Positions 26,838-34,499 of a DNA stretch of 42,893 nucleotides are shown one piece after another. The notes beneath the pieces are model-generated. The model had not been told where the DNA came from and did not search any database. It saw nothing but the letters and a program-made list of their open reading frames with translations. A program made the position numbers and the translations under genes. This stretch comes from an uncultured Gammaproteobacteria bacterium (lineage in GTDB: Bacteria; Patescibacteriota; Microgenomatia; CAYXHB01). Where the stretch lies: positions 1 to 42,893 of the forward strand of contig CAYXHB010000001.1 of NCBI GenBank assembly GCA_964464795.1, in the 5' to 3' direction. Position 1 is the first letter of the stretch, and each line of letters opens with the position of its first letter.

Positions 26838-28491
26838 ATTCTTTCAGAGAGACGGATGACTCAAAGAGGTCGGTAAAGTCAAACAATTTGTTTGATAGTT
26901 CTTCTACATATTGACCTAGAGGCTGCTCTACTTTAATAAAAGGAACTATCTTTCGTATGAGTTCATAAACAGGCTGGGTTTGCGGCGAGAGCAAGTGTGG
27001 TCCGCCTCGCAAATCTACGGCCTGCGCTGCTGCCATAGCGTTGGTGGCAATAGATAGCTTGGCTAGTTTAATAACTTCTCTGGTCATAATAGCTGAGGCC
27101 GGTGCTTGCGAAGTAATATCTTGATTGTGTTCTTCATGAACCCCAAACATAGTGTTAATCGGAACACTAAGAGCAGTGGCGTAGACTTCAAGCATGCCCA
27201 TTTGGGTCTGTAGTCCTTTGAAAGTACACTGAGTGACCGCGTGTGGCGAGGAAAGGTTTGCAGGCAGACCTCGAGAGAATTTCGGGTTTACCAGGCGAGA
27301 TAAATGACGGTCATTTTGCTTAACTATCAAAGTACCTACTTTGCGCAGCGCATCTAAGGTATCGGCCATGTGCATCGCAAGAAAATTGCCTCCACTTACC
27401 CACTGATATGGCTCTTCGTTTTCAAAGACGTGTTCGTTAGTTGTCCAAAGAGGATTGTCAGAAACGCTATTAGCGTTAATGGTAACTGTTTCCCACGCTT
27501 GGGATAAGCGTTCCCACGATGGCCCAAAGTATTGTGGGAGGCAACGCAAGCTATAGGGGTCCTGGGTTTCGTCTCCATTTTGGTGTTGATGCTTTAGCAA
27601 ATCCTGTTGGGATAACTGGCTGCCCAAAAGTGAATTCCTGAGGATGGCAGAAACATATTTTTGGCCAGCATGAGGTCTAACGTTAGACAAAAAAGGATGA
27701 AAACTACGGACCTTACCATGCAAAGCTTGAATAGTAAGTGAAGAGATAAGTAAGTTGATAACAAACAAGCAACTTAAGTCATATAAGGCAAAGGCAGCTG
27801 CTGCAGTCGAAAAGTTATCACCGTTTGCAAGAGCCAATCCTTCTTTGGGTGCCAAAGTAATTGGAGAAATTCCATATTTATCTTGCAACTCGGTGGACGT
27901 AATTACACGGCCGCGATTGTTTGTCAACTTAGCAGTAGGATGTTGAAGCAAAGTGGAAATAATTCGGCCATTTTGAGCAAGATCACCAGATGCGCCGACG
28001 GATCCATATTCACCGACAATTGGAGTAAGACTTTTATTTAATAAATTGATTACTGACTGGAGTATCTCACTGCGGATACCAGAATATCCTGAGGCCAACA
28101 TATTTACACGAACAAACATCGCTGACCTCACAATCTCTGTGGGAATAGCATTACCAGTTGAAACGTCAATATGGACGATAGCATTTGAGATATCTCTGGC
28201 CTGATTAATGCGAGACTCTTTTGCTCCTTGGTTGAGGACGCGGGCACTTTGGCCTCCATAGGAACCTGTAACTCCGTATATGGCTTGCCCGTTTTCAATT
28301 TGTTTTTTAATTTGTGAAATTATTTCATTGTTTTGACTTGCAACATGCGGGTCAAGATTGATGGAAACGGGAGTTTTATCCCGACCTACGGCAACTATCT
28401 CCGGGATGCTAGTTTGTTTAGCTCCGTCAATAATAATCTGTGACGAACCACGACGGTGGACAATTTGACTAATAAAATCGTTTTGTTTCAT
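26827..28491 (-). CDS. MIO-dependent aromatic amino-acid ammonia-lyase or aminomutase (HAL/PAL/TAL family), divergent
   Basis: Ala-Ser-Gly MIO triad in 'GSVGASGDLAQNG' (codons at 27985-27993). 'IYGVTGSYGG' catalytic-Tyr loop. 'SVSDNPLW'. 'NQDITS' (QEDHVS-like). Confidence 0.88.
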   Translation of the reverse strand: MKQNDFISQIVHRRGSSQIIIDGAKQTSIPEIVAVGRDKTPVSINLDPHVASQNNEIISQIKKQIENGQAIYGVTGSYGGQSARVLNQGAKESRINQARDISNAIVHIDVSTGNAIPTEIVRSAMFVRVNMLASGYSGIRSEILQSVINLLNKSLTPIVGEYGSVGASGDLAQNGRIISTLLQHPTAKLTNNRGRVITSTELQDKYGISPITLAPKEGLALANGDNFSTAAAAFALYDLSCLFVINLLISSLTIQALHGKVRSFHPFLSNVRPHAGQKYVSAILRNSLLGSQLSQQDLLKHQHQNGDETQDPYSLRCLPQYFGPSWERLSQAWETVTINANSVSDNPLWTTNEHVFENEEPYQWVSGGNFLAMHMADTLDALRKVGTLIVKQNDRHLSRLVNPKFSRGLPANLSSPHAVTQCTFKGLQTQMGMLEVYATALSVPINTMFGVHEEHNQDITSQAPASAIMTREVIKLAKLSIATNAMAAAQAVDLRGGPHLLSPQTQPVYELIRKIVPFIKVEQPLGQYVEELSNKLFDFTDLFESSVSLKEYEK

Positions 28492-28508
28492 AGAGTCTAC
28501 AAAAATTA

Positions 28509-28514
28509 ATTATA
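28509..28514 (-). promoter_or_regulatory. Candidate -10 box (TATAAT) for the lyase-led minus-strand array
   Basis: Perfect TATAAT on the minus strand, ending 17 nt upstream of the lyase ATG (28491). No convincing -35. Confidence 0.3.
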
Positions 28515-28541
28515 CTGGAAAACTCATATTAAGCTTGTATT

Positions 28542-28550
28542 TGATATAAT
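28542..28550 (+). promoter_or_regulatory. Extended -10 promoter (TGATATAAT) for RNase P RNA
   Basis: TGnTATAAT ends about 7 nt before the first helix of the RNase P RNA. Confidence 0.45.
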
Positions 28551-28557
28551 TACATTT

Positions 28558-28862
28558 ATGGATCGGGGTGCGGGATAAAATCCGCATTCAGGAAAGTCCA
28601 GACAGCATGAAGCACGGCGAGGTAGGTAACTACCTTCCCCGATGAAAATTGGGGCGAGTCAGAGCCACAGAGACGAGTAATGTGAAACGGCTCCGGTGCA
28701 AATCGGAGTGCCGACTCTCTAGAGGGGAGTGGGCGGCAATCCTCCCGGCTGCAAGTTCCGAGTTTCGCGTTACGAGGCGCTTCACCCAAGGACTGTAAAG
28801 TCCACGCGAAGAAGAGAACGCACCAGACAGATGATCCATCAAGACAGAATCTGGCTTATATA
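28558..28862 (+). ncRNA. rnpB: RNase P RNA (bacterial type A-like, compact); ends uncertain by about 15 nt
   Basis: Universally conserved blocks on the + strand: 'CAGGAAAGTCCAGACAG' (CR-I), 'GTAATGTGAAACGGCTCCGGTGCAAATCGGAGTGCC' (J11/12-P12 region), 'AAGACAGAATCTGGCTTAT' (CR-V/P4 3' strand). P2 pairing ATGGATC (28558-) with GATCCAT near the 3' end. P3 hairpin GCGGGATAAAATCCGC. Confidence 0.85.
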
Positions 28863-28870
28863 TTTTCTAT

Positions 28871-28892
28871 CCCCGCTTAATTATTTGCGGGG
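28871..28892. terminator. GC hairpin between convergent rnpB and the AI-2E transporter gene (possible bidirectional terminator)
   Basis: CCCCGC-N10-GCGGGG. The transporter stop codon (28881-28883) sits in the loop. No flanking U-run, so weak. Confidence 0.3.
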
Positions 28893-29873
28893 GTAGAATT
28901 CCTGAAACACAGCCCTGCCCACTAAAACACAAGGAACAGCCAAAATTGCGCCCGCTACACCGGCCAGAGTGAGTCCGACCACTAAGGCGATAATGGTGAC
29001 CAGAGGTCTAACCCCAGTATTTTTGGCCATAATTTGCGGCACGATAACATTATTTTCGACCTGCTGCACCAGAACACTCCAGGCTAAAGCTCCCACTCCA
29101 GGCAAGGTGCCGGCACTGAATCCGGAGATAATAGCGGGAATAGCAGCGATAGTCGGCCCGATGTTAGGAACCAGTTCGAGAAATCCAGCCACTATGGCCA
29201 AAGGCAGAGCATAAGGGATACCTAGAAGAGCAAAACCAACATAGGATAATAAGCCCACAATGAACATGAGCATTAATTGGGCCCGAACCCAGCCGCCCAT
29301 TTCAATTTCAATCTGATTAACGAGTCTCTCAATGCGGGTTTCTAAACTGCGGTCGCCTAAAAGAGTGCTTAGATAACGGTGAAGGTTTTTGCGTTCGAGG
29401 AGTAAGTAGAAACTAATTACTGCAGTACTGAAGACATTCAAAACATTGGAGAAAAAGCCTGAGACTATTCCAAAGAGATTGGTGGAAAGGCCGCCCAGTT
29501 GGGAAAGAAATTGGGCAAACATAGCTGTGTCAACTTGATACTCTCTGCCTAAACTAGAAACCAACTTGGGGAGTTGGTTTATCAGGCGGCCAGTTTGGTC
29601 GACCAGCGGGGGAACTATCAAAGATACAAAAATCCCTAATATCAAAACACACACAAGATAAACCAAGGTAACCGAAGTTGCCCGGTTAGGACTGTAGTTG
29701 TGAAATTTCCAGTTTTGGATTCTAGTTACCAGTGGATTTAGCGAGGCCATGATAATTAAGGCGATAAACATTTGAATTAAGATGAAGCGCAGTTGATAGA
29801 TAAGGAAAGCGCCTACGACAATCCCGAGAGCGGTTAGGAGACTTTTAGTCGTGATTTCGATTTTCTGAGGCAT
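28881..29873 (-). CDS. AI-2E family transporter (PerM/UPF0118-like permease)
   Basis: Eight TM helices and the family's conserved core 'GIPYALPLAIVAGFLELVPNIGPTIAAIPAI'. Confidence 0.85.
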   Translation of the reverse strand: MPQKIEITTKSLLTALGIVVGAFLIYQLRFILIQMFIALIIMASLNPLVTRIQNWKFHNYSPNRATSVTLVYLVCVLILGIFVSLIVPPLVDQTGRLINQLPKLVSSLGREYQVDTAMFAQFLSQLGGLSTNLFGIVSGFFSNVLNVFSTAVISFYLLLERKNLHRYLSTLLGDRSLETRIERLVNQIEIEMGGWVRAQLMLMFIVGLLSYVGFALLGIPYALPLAIVAGFLELVPNIGPTIAAIPAIISGFSAGTLPGVGALAWSVLVQQVENNVIVPQIMAKNTGVRPLVTIIALVVGLTLAGVAGAILAVPCVLVGRAVFQEFYPRK

Positions 29874-29897
29874 AGGTTGGAAAGTTGAGAAAATGAC

Positions 29898-30854
29898 TTA
29901 AGTATTTAAACTATACCATTCCCGCAACGAACTGGCTATTTGCGCATAGTCGTAGGGGCTGGTGTACCAATTGATATGGGGTTGTTTGCGAAACCAGGTC
30001 ATTTGCCGTTTGGCGTATTGACGCTCGGAGGTGACCCATTGGGCCACCGCGTCAAGCCAAGAGATTCTACCTGCTCGGAACTCAAGCCATGGTTGGTATC
30101 CTAGCGTGTGTTTGACTAAATCAGTAATTAAATTCTGCTTGGTGAGGAAATCCAGTTCATTATCAACTTGCATAACCCGCTGGTAGACCCGCTGCGCAAT
30201 CTGTTGGTTGAGAGAAGCCAAAGATTGGAGTTTGAGCCCAATCCAATGAGTTTCCCAGCTTGGATGTGAGCTTGAGTCCTGAAGAGTCGGAACTTGATTT
30301 ACTTCAATAGCGCGAATTAAACGACGGGGGTTGTGCTGGTCGGAGTTATTCATAGAGTGAAGCTTATCTGGGTTAAGAGCGAGAAGTTGGGATTGCAAGC
30401 CCTGAACACTGAGGGAAGATAACTGGTGGCGGAGTTCTAAATTAGGCGGAATGTTGATAGTATCAGGAGGAGAAAACAAAGCCGATAAATACCAGCCACT
30501 GCCACCAACAATTAACGGGGCTGTTGTAAGATAATTGGCGAAAATGTGAGTGACGACTTGGCAGTAATCAGATACGGAAAATTGAGTCGTGGGAAGGACA
30601 AAATCATATCCCCAAAGGCGAATACTACCGTTGGTGTAATAGATGATGGAAAATTCTTGGAAAGATTGAACTTGAACTCTGCGCCAACCCGAGGGGATGT
30701 CCTTACCGGTGACAATGTCCAGATGTTGGTAAACCTGGCGGGAGTCAGCACTGATAATATCGCTGATGGCTAAGTCTGATGCTAACTTGAGGGCGAGTGA
30801 AGTTTTGCCGCTGGCTGTAGGACCACAAACTACGATGGCTTTGTACTGAGACAT
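29898..30854 (-). CDS. miaA: tRNA dimethylallyltransferase
   Basis: 'IVVCGPTASGKTSLALKLA', 'IISADSRQVYQHLDIVTGK', 'RRLIRAIEV', 'YAKRQMTWFRK'. Start set to ATG 30854. Confidence 0.88.
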   Translation of the reverse strand: MSQYKAIVVCGPTASGKTSLALKLASDLAISDIISADSRQVYQHLDIVTGKDIPSGWRRVQVQSFQEFSIIYYTNGSIRLWGYDFVLPTTQFSVSDYCQVVTHIFANYLTTAPLIVGGSGWYLSALFSPPDTINIPPNLELRHQLSSLSVQGLQSQLLALNPDKLHSMNNSDQHNPRRLIRAIEVNQVPTLQDSSSHPSWETHWIGLKLQSLASLNQQIAQRVYQRVMQVDNELDFLTKQNLITDLVKHTLGYQPWLEFRAGRISWLDAVAQWVTSERQYAKRQMTWFRKQPHINWYTSPYDYAQIASSLREWYSLNT

Positions 30855-30926
30855 TTGTTTTTTTGGAAAGATGCACAGTATTATAAAGCGCAAAACGAGT
30901 TTTGACGAAAAAGCAGAGTCAAGAAA

Positions 30927-31205
30927 CTATTTCACTGCCCGTTTGAGAGCTTTGCCTGGAGAGAACCTGGCGGCCCGATGGCCTTTGACTATTTTGCGGA
31001 TTTTGGTGCCTGGGATAACCACAGGTTTGTCTTCCACGTAAGTCACTTTGTAGGTTCCGTGTCCAGAAATGAGAACTTTTTCGCCTTTGGAAAGAGCAGC
31101 GGCGATTTGATCCAGGTAAGCATCAATTATCTCACGTACAGCTCGCTTGGTAGTGTAGGGGCCAAGCTGATTGGAAATTCGGTCAATAATTTGGTTTTTG
31201 GTCAT
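30927..31205 (-). CDS. hup: HU/IHF-family DNA-binding protein
   Basis: 92 aa. 'MTKNQIIDRIS...', 'ISGHGTYKV', an arm region 'RFSPGKALKRAV', and a strong SD (AAGGAGG) upstream. Confidence 0.9.
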   Translation of the reverse strand: MTKNQIIDRISNQLGPYTTKRAVREIIDAYLDQIAAALSKGEKVLISGHGTYKVTYVEDKPVVIPGTKIRKIVKGHRAARFSPGKALKRAVK

Positions 31206-31312
31206 TGAGTATTCGCCTCCTTTCCAACAAGTAATAAAACCTTATAGATTACACACTACTGACTAGAAGGGGCGTTTGTCAAGCCCTGTAGGGATATTCT
31301 GCAGTTTTGGAG

Positions 31313-32596
31313 TTAAGAAGCTACGGCTACAGCCCGAACGTCACGAATGCCGGTGACTTTTATTTGTCCCACGTAGTCGGCTTCTTTTTGGAGCTTTTGG
31401 GCGATTTTGTGGACTAAAATGGTTAATTCTGCGTCAGAAACCTGGTTGGGTTTGACCATGACCCGGACTTCGCGGCCGGCTTGATAAGCCACAGATTCGA
31501 TGACACCTGGGAAACTGGCGGCAATCTCTTCTATCTTGGTCATACGTTTGAGATAACCTTCGTGTGGTTCATATCGAGCTCCCGGGCGGCCTCCAGATAG
31601 AGCATCAGCTACCCAGACAATGCGGGAAACAGGAGAGGAGAAAGGTTTGTCTTCGTGGTGTTCAGCAACAGCGTTAATAACAACTTCAGGCAGGTCATAC
31701 TTGCGAAGCAGGTCAACACCCAGCTGGACGTGGCTGCCTTCGTCTTCGGTGACAACTTTGCCGATATCATGCAACAGACAAGCTAGTCTGACTGATTGAA
31801 CGTCGGCTCCTAGTTCTCCGGCGATACTAACGCCGATTTTGGTCTCCTCGATGGTGTGGGTAATCATACTCTGGCCATAGGAGAAACGGAACTTGTAGCG
31901 GCCGAGCATTTTGACCAAGTCCAGAGGGAGGTTGTAAACCTTGCAAGTGTGACAGAGTTCTTCGCCGGACTCGAGGATAATGGTCTCCACGTCGTGTTTG
32001 ATTTTTTCGACAATTTCTTCAATCCTGTCAGGCTGAATACGAGCGTCTTTAATTAATTGAATAAGAGCTCGGCGGGCAATTTCGCGGCGGACTGGGTCGA
32101 ATGAGGAAAGACGAATGGTGTTGGTTTCGTCCATGTCAATTTCGACTCCGGTGGCGTATTCAAAAGTGCGGATGTTCTTGCCTTCGCGGCCAATAATGCG
32201 GCCTTTAATTTCGTCTGAAGGAAGGCGGACGCTAGAGACTGTATACTCGGCTAAGTAGTCAGTGGCACCATGAACCATGGTATCGAGAATGATGCTTTGG
32301 GCTTTGTCTTGGGCGGTTTTTTTGTATTCCTCCTCGGCGGAGCGGATGCGTTTGGCGACTTCGTCGGAGAGAGTTTTCTCAAGTTCAGTGAGGAGTAAAT
32401 CCTGGGCTTCTTGGCGGGTGAGGGACGAGGCTTTCTCGAGTTTGGTAATTAAAGCGTTTCTTTCTTGGGCTAAATCTTCTTTAGTAGCTTGAAGTGTTTG
32501 TTGCTCGATGGAAAGTTTGGATTCGAGGGATGCTAAGTTTTGCTCGCGGGTGGCGAGTTGGTCGGCAAGAACCTGCAATGAATGATTATCAGCCAT
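31313..32596 (-). CDS. rny: Ribonuclease Y (coiled coil, KH and HD domains), lacking the usual N-terminal TM anchor
   Basis: KH 'GRIIGREGKNIRTFE'. HD 'LLHDIGK...AVAEHHED'. An in-frame TAA lies 10 codons upstream of the ATG with no alternative start. Confidence 0.9.
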   Translation of the reverse strand: MADNHSLQVLADQLATREQNLASLESKLSIEQQTLQATKEDLAQERNALITKLEKASSLTRQEAQDLLLTELEKTLSDEVAKRIRSAEEEYKKTAQDKAQSIILDTMVHGATDYLAEYTVSSVRLPSDEIKGRIIGREGKNIRTFEYATGVEIDMDETNTIRLSSFDPVRREIARRALIQLIKDARIQPDRIEEIVEKIKHDVETIILESGEELCHTCKVYNLPLDLVKMLGRYKFRFSYGQSMITHTIEETKIGVSIAGELGADVQSVRLACLLHDIGKVVTEDEGSHVQLGVDLLRKYDLPEVVINAVAEHHEDKPFSSPVSRIVWVADALSGGRPGARYEPHEGYLKRMTKIEEIAASFPGVIESVAYQAGREVRVMVKPNQVSDAELTILVHKIAQKLQKEADYVGQIKVTGIRDVRAVAVAS

Positions 32597-32682
32597 ATAT
32601 TGAAATTGACACGAAGCGAGGTATTAACCAAGTAGTTCGAACACAGCCTGCTGGAGTGAGAACACGTGCTTCATGTGTGGGT

Positions 32683-32712
32683 AGTATACGATTTGAATAA
32701 CGATTAAGTCAA
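32683..32712 (-). promoter_or_regulatory. Candidate sigma70-type promoter for rny
   Basis: Minus strand reads TTGACT (32712-32707), 18 nt, then TATACT (32688-32683), about 85 nt upstream of the rny ATG. Confidence 0.35.
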
Positions 32713-32755
32713 TTAGCGGGAAATTTAAAATACAAAGGGAAAAGCTTCTTCATCT

Positions 32756-33364
32756 TCACTTACCGATAATTTCTTCCACGGCGCGGCGGGCTAAGGAAAA
32801 ACTAAACCCCCGACGGCCTAAGTAAGCTAAGAGCTTTTGGCGCTGCTCTTTGGGCGGCTTGGAAGATAATTTCTTGAAATATTTAGTAGCCACCGAACGA
32901 AGAAGTTCTGTTTCATCAATATTTGCGACCGCTTCTTGAATATCTTGAGACGCAAGACCTTTTTGGCGCATTTCAAACTTGAGTTCTTGAATAGAACGAG
33001 GGCGGAAAGTTTGGCGATTGTCAGCCCACCAGGCGGCAAACTTGGCGTCGTCTAGTAAATCCAATTTTTGTAACCGAGCGGCGAAAGATTGGGTTTGCTC
33101 TTGTGAGAGGCCTTTTTTAGTAGCCCAAGCTTGGTACTCAGCTTGGGAGCGGGGGCGGAGCGTGGCCCAGTTCAGTAGGCGGTTGAAAGACTGTGTCTGT
33201 TGGACTTCGCGGGTTAACTTGAGCCAGTCGTCTTCGCTTAAGATTAAGTTAGGCTTGAGATGCCAAGATAAGGCCACCTCTAGGGGCATAATTAAATGTA
33301 TGTTTTCAACCAGAGTTACTTTGACTTGGCGGTTCGGGAGAGAAACGACGCGGGCAATCTGCAT
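32756..33364 (-). CDS. recX: RecA regulator RecX
   Basis: Lies immediately downstream of recA. Three-repeat helical protein with 'LRPRSQAEY', 'DDAKFAAWWADNR', 'LKFEMRQKGL' and 'AYLGRRGFSF' RecX-like elements. Confidence 0.8.
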   Translation of the reverse strand: MQIARVVSLPNRQVKVTLVENIHLIMPLEVALSWHLKPNLILSEDDWLKLTREVQQTQSFNRLLNWATLRPRSQAEYQAWATKKGLSQEQTQSFAARLQKLDLLDDAKFAAWWADNRQTFRPRSIQELKFEMRQKGLASQDIQEAVANIDETELLRSVATKYFKKLSSKPPKEQRQKLLAYLGRRGFSFSLARRAVEEIIGK

Positions 33365-33376
33365 GCGATGAGTTAA

Positions 33377-34492
33377 TTATTCTGAATCCAAGGTGGCGGG
33401 GAGAGCGTCTTCGTCGGTGTTTTCCCCGAATTCTTTGGGGACTTTGGTGTTGGCTGAGTTAACCTTGTCCCAGATTTTTTGATTTATTTCCTGGCTGATT
33501 TGAGGATTTTCCTCAAGGAACTCAACCGTGGCTACCCGCCCTTGACCCATGACCTGGTCTTTGTATTTGAAGAAAGCTCCGGAACGAGCAATGATGTCCA
33601 TCTCGACTCCGACGTCAAGCAAGCTGCCCATTTTGGAGATACCCTTGAGACCGAGAACTTCAAATTCTGCAACACGGAAGGGAGAGGCGACTTTGTTTTT
33701 GACAACTTTGACGCGGTGGCGGGAACCGACTATTTGGTCTTTGTCTTTGAGGACTTCGATTTTGCGGACATCTAAACGGATGGAGGCATAGAATTTCATG
33801 GCTAGTCCGCCGGGAGTGGTTTCGGGGTTGCCGAACATGACGCCGATTTTTTGGCGCAGCTGGTTGGTGAAAATACAAACCGTGCGGGTGCGAGAGATGA
33901 CCCCTGTGAGTTTGCGCAGAGCCTGGGACATTAGCCTGGCCTGGACACCCATCATGGAGTCGCCCATTTCGCCTTCTATCTCGGCCTTGGGAACCAGAGC
34001 CGCGACTGAGTCAATCACAATCACATCCAAGCCTCCAGAGCGGATGAGGGTTTCGACGATTTCCAGAGCCTGCTCACCCGTATCAGGTTGGGCAATAATC
34101 AGTTCATCTAGATTAACTCCCAGAGTTTCGGCCCAAGCGGGGTCAAGGGCGTGTTCAGCGTCGATGAAAGCAGCCGTGCCGCCCTGGCGTTGGGCTTGGG
34201 CGATGATACTTAAGGCAATGGTGGTTTTACCTGAGGCTTCAGGGCCGTAAATCTCGGTAATCCGGCTGCGAGGTAGTCCTCCAACACCCAGTGCTAAATC
34301 AATGGCAATGGCTCCGGTCGGAATGGCTTCAACTTGTAAGTGTTTTTGCTCCCCTAGTTTCATGATGGCGCCCTTGCCGAATTGTTTCTCAATCTGTTGC
34401 ATGGCGATATTAATCGCTTCCTGTCTGGGAGTGAGTTTGGCAGGGGAAGGAGTATCTGTGTCAGGTCGAGATTTGGGAGGACGGCCAGCCAT
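33377..34492 (-). CDS. recA: Recombinase RecA
   Basis: '[15 protein letters not shown]', Walker A 'GPEASGKTT', '[12 protein letters not shown]', 'IDSVAAL', '[22 protein letters not shown]'. Confidence 0.97.
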   Translation of the reverse strand: MAGRPPKSRPDTDTPSPAKLTPRQEAINIAMQQIEKQFGKGAIMKLGEQKHLQVEAIPTGAIAIDLALGVGGLPRSRITEIYGPEASGKTTIALSIIAQAQRQGGTAAFIDAEHALDPAWAETLGVNLDELIIAQPDTGEQALEIVETLIRSGGLDVIVIDSVAALVPKAEIEGEMGDSMMGVQARLMSQALRKLTGVISRTRTVCIFTNQLRQKIGVMFGNPETTPGGLAMKFYASIRLDVRKIEVLKDKDQIVGSRHRVKVVKNKVASPFRVAEFEVLGLKGISKMGSLLDVGVEMDIIARSGAFFKYKDQVMGQGRVATVEFLEENPQISQEINQKIWDKVNSANTKVPKEFGENTDEDALPATLDSE

Positions 34493-34499
34493 AAGTTAT

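Noticed and set aside
26827-28491. Ordinary histidine-utilisation (hut) histidase.
   Set aside because: There is no hutU, hutI or hutG nearby. The gene overlaps an aryl-acid-ligase-like gene, and the selectivity position reads His-Ile rather than Ser-His. This reading is not fully excluded without an assay.
28556-28842. Two minus-strand ORFs (77 and 70 aa) in the gap between the lyase and the transporter.
   Set aside because: The region carries the conserved RNase P RNA blocks on the plus strand. The ORFs are low-complexity, Arg/Ser-rich read-throughs of a structured RNA.
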